From NCBI RefSeq assembly GCF_001194135.2, contig NC_068995.1:55117601-55181600 (forward strand): DNA of 64,000 nucleotides, read 5' to 3'. The position numbers were made by a program, and so were the translations under genes. The stretch is from Octopus bimaculoides. Taxonomy: Eukaryota. Below are positions 52,882 to 64,000 of the stretch, in pieces. A model generated the notes under the pieces. That model did not search any database. It was not told where the DNA came from and was given only the letters and a program-made list of their open reading frames with translations. Positions within the stretch are counted from its first letter, which is position 1. Each line of letters opens with the position of its first letter.

Positions 52882-52922
<41 letters not shown>

Positions 52923-53062
52923 TTATGAGCGAAAGTGGTGTCAATTAGACCCATAGGTTTCAGGTAATGCTGAGTAAGTGCTGTGGATAGACCATAGTTA
53001 AACTCCAGGTTCGGTAATTATGCGAATAAGGCGTCCAACATAGGTCATATATCAACGTGTGA

Positions 53063-53180
53063 ATATAAGGATTTCGTAATGAGATAAAAAACGAAGGATG
53101 TGTATAATATAGACCATTTATAAATGTTCTATATTATACACAGCCTTCGTTTTTTTTATCTCATTACGAAAACCTTATAT
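53063..53180. repeat. Imperfect palindrome, arms about 55 bp
   Basis: ataaggatttcgtaatgagataaaaaacgaagg...ccttcgttttttttatctcattacgaaaaccttat. Confidence 0.85.
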
Positions 53181-53504
53181 ATATATATATAACTATATAT
53201 ATGCATACATACGGTCTATATATATACGGTGCATATATATATATAGACTTTGTTATGTATTTTACACCACTTATTAAAATAAACAGTGCTACTCAAGAAA
53301 GTCTGATTGATCTCAGTGAATAATCTCATCTTTGAAATAAATATTTATATTTTGCTTGATGCATTTTTGTTTATGTTGATAGATAGACACATTGAGAGAT
53401 ATAATATGATATATATCACGAACTTTTCGATTGTTATTACACATTATTATCATGCACCATGTGTAAGCAGATTGAAATGTTACAGTAACAAAAATAATGC
53501 TAAC

Positions 53505-53565
53505 CTGCGAATATATCAACTCTTTAGCGGCTTCATTTGGTTTTATGTTATTGCTCAATTTATCA
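53505..53565 (-). CDS. Candidate exon, 61 nt, phase 2-0, DKLSNNIKPNEAAKELIYSQ
   Basis: tcaatatttcag|TGAT...TCGCAG|GTTAGC. A single frame is open. Confidence 0.3.
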
Positions 53566-54449
53566 CTGAAATATTGATACAAGCAAGAATAAAAAGAACA
53601 CCTGCAAAATATATTTGTTTTTCTTCCTTTTTTTCGGGGAAATAAAACCCATTGCTTCGAAATAAACATTTCTGCTTATAATTTAATTGTTCTGCTCATG
53701 TGAAAATCCGTTTTGAAATTCAAAAAGTATCATTTTATTTCTATATTTCCATTTTATTTTTCAGATCAAAATTGTCCTTCACTTGAATATTTCCCGTTAT
53801 TTTTGTGCAAACATATTGCCTATCATGTTATTGTACTATCATGTTGTTTAGTTGCTGATGGAATGGATGAGGCGGGCAGAGGATCTGTGATCTAAGGTGT
53901 TCCTTGCACGTCTACAGCATGGAAGTTGTTCTTGTGATTTTTAGTAATTCTACTATAAAAAAAAGAGTGATTTTTTTCGCACAAACATGATTTTCATTAA
54001 AAGGCAACATAATAATATTTAAGTGCAAGATAATGTTTATCATTTCTTAGAATATTTTAGCGACGTGAGAGGAGTCAATTTTTGTTTCAGTTTGCAAACT
54101 GCCACATCCTGATAATTTCCATATTCAGTGTTGGGTGAAAACGGAGCTGATGCAAGATGGACAGGGTTCGGACCCTCCCCCTCTTTACATTGACCCCCAA
54201 TATCGTGGTGTTTGTCAGCTCCTGTGGGCTCTACAGTCACCGCCAATAGAGACTGTGGAGCTGTTGGGGTTATTTACTCCCCATGGAAAAGCTTTTGGAG
54301 GCACTGTTTTATCACCCGAATGACGAACTTTTCTGGACGTTCACTGAATATAGTAATGACAGTTTTAGATTGAAAAATAGGAGTGGAAACGGCGTTCAGA
54401 GCGTAGCTGTACGTCGAATAGAGGAAAACTTTTGAGAAATACATACAAA

Positions 54450-54574
54450 GGCGAGTGCAATATTTTAATGCAGGGTGTGTTATACTACGTCTTCCAAATA
54501 TTTATAGACAGATTTTTAACTTACGAAGAAAAGGCGGTAAGAGCACATAGTCCGGAGAAAAGCACAAACAGCTA

Positions 54575-54656
<82 letters not shown>

Positions 54657-55175
54657 CGTGTGTGTGTGTACGTAAGAAGGGTTTGCTCAGAGAGTAGATT
54701 TGTTTGCTTTGTTGAAGAAATTGTTGATGTCTATTTGGGAGTGAATAAGACTAATCTCTTAAATATTATTCTACTTTTTTTTTATAAATATATTGCGAAC
54801 CACCCACGCGCGCGCACACGCACATATGCATACAGTTTCAGATATGTATATGTTTGCGTGTCAATATGAAGGGGAGATATAGAGAGTGTGAGCGTTTCAT
54901 ATGACATGTAGCATAACAGTGTCGAGGATCAAAATACAGGAAGTAACTAACAGATAAAGTGCACAGAAATTTCTTAGTGTTTAATGGGTGTGTATGTGTG
55001 AGTGTGTTATATACACATGAGAATGCTTGTGGATATTTTTAGGAAGGTGGGTTTGGATTAAGCTGAGCTTCAGGTTTTCTCTTCTCTGGTTAAAATACGT
55101 AGAAAGGAGACTGCAATATTTTAATGCAGGGTGTGTTATAGTACGTCTTCCAAATATTAATAGACAGCTTTTAAG
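54450..55175. repeat. About 60-bp direct repeat pair flanking a (TG)n tract
   Basis: tgcaatattttaatgcagggtgtgttata.tacgtcttccaaatatt.atagacag at about 54455 and 55112. Confidence 0.8.
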
Positions 55176-56330
55176 CTTATTATGTGACAAATATAAACTA
55201 TTCTGTTAAACGTGTGTACATATGTGTTTATATGAGTGTGCGTATATGTATTTAGACTCATACTACAAAATTATCAGATCCTATAGGATTATGACTAATG
55301 TATTGACAATGGTTTATTGGCGAAGCTTCAGTCTTTGGATTCGTGTCTGAAAGGATAATGACAATGAATTGTTTTACTTTCTTTGGGTTGGTGTATGGCA
55401 TCGAATAAAAAAAATATGCGAAAACGAAACTATCAGAGGCTTCAGGTAGTTTAATCTACTGAGGTTTGCACTGTGCTATATGAATAGATTCGAAGCAATT
55501 TCCACTCCATATACTTAAAGTAAAGCAACAAATTAAATAATTAATGTTAGATATTGCTCTGCAACGGAGAGCCAATCATGTAATTACAGACTTGGAATAA
55601 ATTATAAAAAAATAAATAAAAAAACTTAAAGAAACCGTTTAACTATTCAACGAAAATGCCATTGATTATTAACTCTTCATTTGCTAAATTAGTTAATAGT
55701 GGGCGAATAAAATAAAATAATATCTAATACAAAACGTGATTTCAAGTAATTTTGCCATTAAATTTTACGGCTCTGAACTTAATTTCCAACGCTTACTCGT
55801 TTCAATAAATAAAAAGCAAATAACGACAAAATTAAGTAAGTCATTTAAAGGAACACAACGGTAAATACAAATAATTCCTTTCAATTAAATTAGTGCATTT
55901 CATCAGTGATTAATCTATAAATGTCCATTGTAGAATTTTGAGAAACATTTATCACAATATGGTGCTTATCTAATTAAAATTAACACATTATGTTCCTACC
56001 AACAGCAATGTTAACAAGGGCAACATCAGAAAACATTGCGAACATAAAATCATTAAAAAAATTAGCTGCAGGATCACCTGACACAATATAATGTTTTCTT
56101 CTTTCCTTCTCTCTTTCCTTCTTTCTTTCTTTCTTTCATTTTTATTTTTTTATGACAATACATTTATATCCATTTGGAAATATCACTAAGAGAGAAATAC
56201 CTGATATAAAAAATAAATATGAGGAACATTATTTATATAAAATGTCATTACTGTCATTCTAGAAATACAGAGGAATGAGCGATAGAATACAGAATACTTC
56301 ATACGTACATTTTAAGAGTATGTATTTGTA

Positions 56331-56378
<48 letters not shown>

Positions 56379-59300
56379 NNNNNNNNNNNNNNNNNNNNNN
56401 NNNNNNNNNNNNNNNNNNNNNNNNNNNNNNNNNNNNNNNNNNNNNNNNNNNNNNNNNNNNNNNNNNNNNNNNNNNNNNNNNNNNNNNNNNNNNNNNNNNN
56501 NNNNNNNNNNNNNNNNNNNNNNNNNNNNNNNNNNNNNNNNNNNNNNNNNNNNNNNNNNNNNNNNNNNNNNNNNNNNNNNNNNNNNNNNNNNNNNNNNNNN
56601 NNNNNNNNNNNNNNNNNNNNNNNNNNNNNNNNNNNNNNNNNNNNNNNNNNNNNNNNNNNNNNNNNNNNNNNNNNNNNNNNNNNNNNNNNNNNNNNNNNNN
56701 NNNNNNNNNNNNNNNNNNNNNNNNNNNNNNNNNNNNNNNNNNNNNNNNNNNNNNNNNNNNNNNNNNNNNNNNNNNNNNNNNNNNNNNNNNNNNNNNNNNN
56801 NNNNNNNNNNNNNNNNNNNNNNNNNNNNNNNNNNNNNNNNNNNAAATTTAAATAGTACTGGTTTCGATTCTTTCGAACACAAATTTTCCAACGTCGTGCA
56901 TTGGATGCCTGCAGTCTAAAGAGTGAAGTAAGTAAAAGCTAAAAGATAAAACATACGTACGTTTCCGCCCACGCCCCATACACAAACTAACACTTACATA
57001 CACACTCACACACACACACACACACACAAAAACATACACATATATTTTTATTCATTACATATACTAACGTACTAAACATAAGTATCATAAAGAACATTCT
57101 CGTCCCTTGTCAAACGTTGACATTAAATCTTGTAGAAGGAATTTACAACTAAAAACCAACAACTTTCTTCGATGCTAATCTTTTCTATGCATTCAAAGCT
57201 TCAACATTGTATGTATTATTATTATTATTGTTGTTCTTTTCTTAAACGTGTAGTCATCATTCGATCAATGGTATTTTCCATAAATTATAAAATTTAAAAC
57301 ATTCCTCAGAAATAACTGCATTTAAAACAAATGATGATTGATTAAATACATAAAGAAGAAATATTCTCTCACATATTTGTAGCTCTTTTGAAATTAAAGT
57401 TCCGTAATCTTGTAAAAGAAATGGTGTACCAAATATTTCCGAAACAATAAATTGCGTATAAACAAGCTGTCACTGTGCGTATTTCAATACATGCCAATAT
57501 GCTTTTATTCAATTTCGTAAGCTTGATTAGGTGTGAGATGGGAAAGAAAGAGCGAGATATTGAGGAGAGTCAGTGAGAGAAATAGAGAGATGCATATTGT
57601 AAATATGAATGATTTATGAGTATATCCTTTTAATGTTTGATGAAATAATGGTGTATTAAAATTAGATTCCACTAGCCGGCACATCATCTAAATCCAGTCA
57701 GGAAAATGTCGACAGCATAATGGCTTAGGTGTCAAATGTCATTTATTGCAGCTAACTAAGATGGAAGTAAATCGCGGCAATTCTCTCTAGTGTCCATTGG
57801 AAGCCGCTATACGTCACAGGTTCAAAAGACAGCTTACTTTGTTCAAGTAAAAATACAAAATAAAATTAGACTGTGTGCATTAAGGATTTGTAGTTCTGCA
57901 ATTCACTTTATACATCAGGATCTTAGACTAGCGTAAAGTTTACTAGTTTGCTTTTACTAATGTATTTACAAAGAAAACTTCTTAAGATTTAATTCTTAGT
58001 TATATAAATTATTACCACAGGTATTTAAACAAAATCAGCTTTGTTCCTTCATGCGTGCGTGCCTTCATTTTCGACAGTCAACGTTTAACTTCTGTTAAAC
58101 ATTGAGCGTTGTATTTGACAAGAAGGTGACATTTCACCCCAAAATCAGTGAATTATTATACACCCACTAAGATTGTTATTGTTTATATTATTAATACTAA
58201 CGTTCTGATGCGTTTTATATTCTAATTGATTCTTGGTAGAAGTGCGACATGGTGACAACGAGTGCAGTAGGTTTTATTCTGATAAAATGTAAATTGAATA
58301 CAGAGATATTTTGAGGAAAGGAATAATGGAATATAAGAATGCATATGGACGTGACAACCTAACACATGCTTTGTCATAATACCCACCCACCCCAATACAA
58401 ATGCCATTATTTTAAAACTTTGATGCAACTTAAATACATAACATATTTATCCCTCCTATAAGTACAAAATTGGCTTTGTATCCAGTGATTAATAACATTA
58501 ACTCTTAATCCAGAAAAAAAAAGTTTGATAACAACTATGAGCCTTGCCATCCCTGCAGCATTCATTTAAACAGAACATTTTAATTCATTAAGAAACCTAT
58601 TATTCTTACGTTCCAGTTGCCCATAATTGGCACGTACCTCACTACGTTATAGATATCTTCTTTGAAATTCTGGAGTCAATTATACTCGGAAGAAAGTATG
58701 AATATATTTTCAAATCTCTTTTATCAATTAAGACGAATCACTGAAAATGCTTCAATCTGGGTTGATGATATGTGATGTCAATTACGCCATGAGGTATGTA
58801 AAGACAATAACGATGATCGCAATAATGCGAATTACAAGCTGCTACGGAAAACTCTGAATATCTAGCAATGTTAAGATGTAATAGTCTATCTTCTCTCTTA
58901 AGTACCCATGTTATTTCATTTTATCTATAGAAAACTAATTTTCTTCAAATATTCATAAGTTCCACTGAACAAAATGTGAACTGATACTTTATTTCTAAAA
59001 TGTAACCAGCTTTATGTACTGAAACAAAAAACCCGAACGATTTTTTAAAGTTTGATTGGGGTGATAAATTTTGGGTGCCGAACTGTTAGTTTCATGCAAT
59101 CGAATGCCCGATATTTTAAGATATATTTATCAACTAACATTGCTCATACTTCAATAATACAGGGTTGGATTTTCTAATAAATGTCCTTCTTTCGCACTCG
59201 TTACTGTCTTTAATCATTTTGTGTCTCTTAAGTTTTGAGTGTTTAGTTCACACCGATATATTTTCCCACTTCTTCTAACACGCAGGATTACTAAGAATGC

Positions 59301-61539
59301 AAATATTTATTCCGACATCAAATACGTAATTTCAAAATCAAAATGCATATAATTTACTTTCCTGTTTTACTGTATTATCCTACGTTAATTCTATAATATG
59401 TTACAATTTACCGCGTGCAACTTGGAATTAATTTTAATTTTAGAAATAAAAAAAAAACAATTACATAGTACAGATGAGTGACACACAATCATAACTTAAA
59501 ACCAGGAAACTGGTAAAAAAAAATCTAGTTTATTAATAGCATTACGATACTTCTTTCAGAACTTCAATTCTGCTTTCAGTATTAATTATTATTTTTGTAT
59601 GACATATTAAGGTACAAAGGAACAACACAAATGACAACTGGGTATACACAGCAATTCACACAGTACAGCCCTATAGCTGCATTATAACTTACTAATACTG
59701 TCTTCGTTCTTCATATTTTATTGCTTTCTTATCAGTTCTACCTTTTGCTCAACTTTTATCTCACATATTGTTTTCCAATCGTCATTCGGCTTTTCCCGAC
59801 TTAACAACTACTCATTACCAACTGTATTCATGTAATATAAAATTGATTATGATAGGTGTTTAACCATTATATGAGTCCGAGTTTTCGAGACGTTTATGAG
59901 ATTTGAATATAATGGCGTATGTATTGTAAGAATGATCTGATGTCACTCAGACGGGTTGCCTATATTTTATGAAGAAAAACGTAAACACCAGCATATCTTC
60001 TTGAAAGCAATTCAATATTAAGTGTCAAACATGTTCCTTTTAGATAGAGTTTCGTATAAATGACACACATACGTTATCTTTCCAGAAGGGAATATGTTCT
60101 TTCGGTCTTATCTTTACGAAAAGAATATTGCTTCCATCGCAGCTAAATATTCCATTCGCTTTCAAAGAAATTCCCATATCTTATGTTCTACTTGTCAACA
60201 TTAAATTAGCGCTCCGTATTAAATGCTTCTTTAAAGAACACATTAAGTGTGTTATGTTCATATGCTCATGCATGCTTGTGTGTGTAGGCTTGTAGTACAA
60301 TATTTAAATTAGTATGTAACTTCTTGTTTGAAAGAGCATATCATTATTTCATAGTTGAAAACTTTTACTTTGCTTACTTCTGTGACAATATACCATTGAT
60401 CTTCAAATTTCTATTTTATGCTGCGCTGTACATCCGCCTTTTGGTGGTTTCTAGTGGCAGACATCTCTTAGTATATGAAGTGATTGACACATTCTCGTTC
60501 AACGCTTCTCCCGAGTGTTGTATTAGGACGTTTCCCACAGTTCTAGTAACTGATTTAGTGGAGGAGAGAACAGGAAACTAGATGTAGTGAGAAGAACAAG
60601 ACGTAGTGAGAAACAGAGTGCTTGGCAGACACATCAAGAAGAAACTACCCAAAATTTGACTGTTACTTTACAAACCAGCGTAAATGAAGTTAAATTTGAG
60701 CTCCCTGTATTTTGAATTCAGAACGCAGAGTCAAAGGAAATATATATTAAAAAACATTATATACGACGCTCCAAAGCTCAGGGCATTCGTGCCTAGAACA
60801 TTGATACGAGAAAATATCTTAAGATTTATGTTAAGGGCTGGTGAGATGCTTTCGGCTCTATATATATACGAAGCTGTAAAATATACATTCTCTGATATCA
60901 GTCAAATATATTTTGTAATGGAACGCAACTGGCATTTGTCTCGCTATGAAAGATGTTCGCTATTCGATGTTCACTATTGTGTTTAATTCCTGTACATTTT
61001 ATGTACATATTTCGCACGAGATCGTTGCATTTTTGGTACTCGTGAAAATAATGGCTAAACATTCTCATCCGTTTAACACCAGAGGTAAACAATAAAATAA
61101 TTTGAATCGTTCGAAACGGTAATCTCTGAAATACCGAATTCATATCAGTACAACTTTTCTTTTCATTTTATTGGTCATCCTCGTATCACTAAGCAATATC
61201 GAGCCCTTTTCAAACGTCATAAAAAGGCAATGCATATATCTTTTCCAATAAGTATTTTTTGTGCGGATAAACATAGTGGATATTCTACGAGACATTTCTA
61301 AATTAAAATCGATGGTCAGCTGGAGATATTGCAATTGAGTAAATCAATTGTTGAGTCGAAATTTTACTTACTTCAAAAGTTTATAAAATAAAGCATCCGT
61401 ATTATTCTTTTTGCTAGATTATCATCCAGATTCTATTTTTGGTTTTTTACTTCTTTTAGTCAATGTAATGCAGCTACACTGGATGGAGTTCCTCCTTGAA
61501 GGAATTGAGTCCAGTATCTAGTTTTTAAAAGTTTGGTAT

Positions 61540-61810
61540 TTATTCTATCTGTATTTTGCCGAACTGCTATACGTATTATAGGGAGTTAACAGACCAACAC
61601 TGCTGGCCAGGGAGTGGTGGTAGACAAACACTAAGATATACACACATAGGTATACACAGACACGCAAACACACACACACACACATATACAAAGACACACA
61701 TATAAGGAGATTTCAGTTTCCGACTACCAAATATATTCGTAAGTACGTGGTTGGCCCAGAACCATAGCAGGAGCCATTTAACCAAACTACAAGTGCACTA
61801 ACTCAGAACC
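61540..61810 (-). mobile_element. SINE family 2, degenerate
   Basis: tattctatctgtattttgccgaactgcta...ttcagtttccgactaccaaat is the reverse complement of the family consensus. Confidence 0.65.
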
Positions 61811-62816
61811 ACTTCGACAAACTACTACAAATGTTTCATCGATAACGCATGTACGTTATTGCTGCACATTCTAGGCCGGCCAATTATCCCGGTATCTCAG
61901 TATGTTAATAGCCCTTACCCCAGATGTTAACTACTGGTGCACATTGATTGCGAAACATTTGTGTTCGATTACCTATCTGTTTCGAAACGTTTTCTAATAT
62001 ACCTGAGATATACAATTGTTGCATCGGAATAAAACCGGCATGGTAGCACCATTATTTTAGTGGCGAAATTATAGATCAGATGTACAAAATATGTCTCTAT
62101 TTGGCGACAAAATTCGCTTGCGTAAAATATGTCAGGAATGTCAAAAATTATCAGGAAACTTTCTTAAAATATATTTTATGGAATATCCACTTTCCAATCA
62201 TGTCAGAGGCCATTATTCACTTTCAGATTACTGTTATTTCCAAATGAAGCTCTATGTGAAGTCTCTGTTTCTCTTCACTACTACTATTGCTGCTTCCACT
62301 TAATATTTTAGTCATCTGGCATTACTCTAATTTTCAATGAGTGATGTTTCCAAATGGTTGTATTTTATGTTATGGGTTTTTGGATGCCTGTTTTTGCTAA
62401 ATGAAGACTTATGGCATGCAGAAGGTTGATAACATTGCTATTTTCTAGTAGTGCCATTACGACACAATTTAATTTGTGATGAGTAAGGAAGCCATGTTAT
62501 ACTAAATCTTTTTCTAAAAGTCATAAAAATGCGGTGACGCATTTTCTTGCCAAACTATTTTATGTATATACGTCATATTAGACACAATACTAAACATTTC
62601 CTAATAGCATTTGACTGTGTACGGTTGATGAAAATGCAATATAAATTCATAGACACACATGCATTTACATTTATGTAATATACGTGTTTGTATACGTGTG
62701 TGTGTGTATGTGTGTGAGTGTGTATGTAGATGTATACATATACACAGACTGTTAAACGTACGAGCAGCATACATTAAGATTTCTCTATGTCTAGAAAGAA
62801 ATTCTTGCTAACTCAC

Positions 62817-62828
62817 CAGTTCTTGCAT
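62817..62828 (-). CDS. Candidate 12-nt microexon ATGCAAGAACTG
   Basis: catatttaattttag|ATGCAAGAACTG|GTGAGT. Both splice sites are strong, length is 3n and all frames are open. Confidence 0.3.
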
Positions 62829-63127
62829 CTAAAATTAAATATGTTGCTAATGTACTTATTTTTATGACCACTCTTAGTAAAGGCTCACAATATGAAACAA
62901 TGAAAATATAGTTTCGCTGAAGTAGAGACTGTCAAATTTCCACTCTCGAAATCAATGATCTATTATCGTGGTAAATTGTCAAATAAAAGACGGGTGAATA
63001 ACTGAAATAGAAAACTATCTAAAGAAGTTGCTTGCCGTGTATATTTATATGGCATTACTTCGTAATTTCAAATTTTACCATCTCGATGAACAGTTTTCTA
63101 TAACACACACACACACACGCACACACA

Positions 63128-63202
<75 letters not shown>

Positions 63203-64000
63203 CGGTCAAACTGGGGACTAGATATGTATGTTTTCCCCACTTTTCTCAAGCATGAAGCAATGTCGAAATTAAATTTTTGCATGAAAATTCTAGTTGGAAG
63301 ATTTTTGTTTTGTTGTTTTTGCAGTGACGAAAAAAATTGATTTCCTTTTGTACGGTAACAGATACAAGGAAGGCCATAAATCACTGTAGTTTGGGCTAAA
63401 AAAAAGAAGCCTGTTGTGTATGTGCGTGTGTTTTCTTGCGACAGAATGAAGGACAGTTCTGAGAGATCGAGATTTATTTGAACTGAAAACAAGAAAGGAC
63501 TTAATTAAATATCTTAAGAAATGTTCATTCTGTTCCCCTACAAATTTGTATTATTGGTGCTACATGCTTGGATATTGCAGTCTTTTATTTCAAATTGAAC
63601 CGTGAAGAACTATTGTCGGCGTTAATTCAGTTCATTTTAAACTCATACGCATGCTCCTTTCCAAATATTTTCCTCCCTCAGTAAACAGTATAGTCAAGAT
63701 TCATGTGGCTAGCATAGCCGTGATTTTAAGAGAATTATTTAGTTTTCCAGGATTTCTGGTTGCAAGGGAATTGTGTGTTCATGACAGAGAACTAAATCAA
63801 TTTTTGTGTTCTGAAGAACTATTCTGTCTTGTTGTAATCTAAATATTAATAATGTGTTCAATATATTCCGTTGAAAAGCCGGAAGATACAGAGTATCTGC
63901 AAATGGTGGATTTAACAGACACTGGTTTAAAAATAAGTGGGTGTTCTACTAGAGACAATTCTATTATTCTCCAGGATCGTGCACGTCAATAAGCTATTTG

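Noticed and set aside
60324-61143. 80-100-aa ORFs on both strands
   Set aside because: No recognisable motifs or convincing splice sites, and such lengths arise by chance in a window this size.

Overview
AT-rich, microsatellite-dense eukaryotic genomic DNA with many N gaps. The interspersed repeats look like the SINE families I associate with octopus, so this is probably an Octopus draft assembly (inferred, not searched). Nearly all ORFs in the supplied track are microsatellite or gap artefacts. The main signal, which the ORF track does not show, is a spliced gene or gene pair on the minus strand built from small, symmetric phase-2 exons. Seven consecutive exons between 15915 and 8122 (98/150, 33, 39, 36, 33/30, 27, 93 nt) have canonical splice sites and join in the only frame open across all of them. 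They give MKTFRNAIACFLVTFDDPFAFPEDILEEKKSNRTNKGNRSKR|NILREVFAGFLGNIASDGLTGFLGVGDSNKDGGSSTTELPNVNDWEDLRSFKFVIEDFQQYKLKCLANNKKMTADEH..., which reads like a secreted precursor with a furin site followed by a Gly-rich hydrophobic segment. A second phase-2 chain (33322 > 29890 > 24629 or 23347) ends in a tandemly duplicated stop exon that has a diverged homolog at 536-497. I cannot assign this locus to a known family. The rest of the window is SINEs, RTE and CR1 LINE remnants, a mariner-derived MITE, a Penelope-type fragment with a hammerhead-like core, palindromes and satellites.
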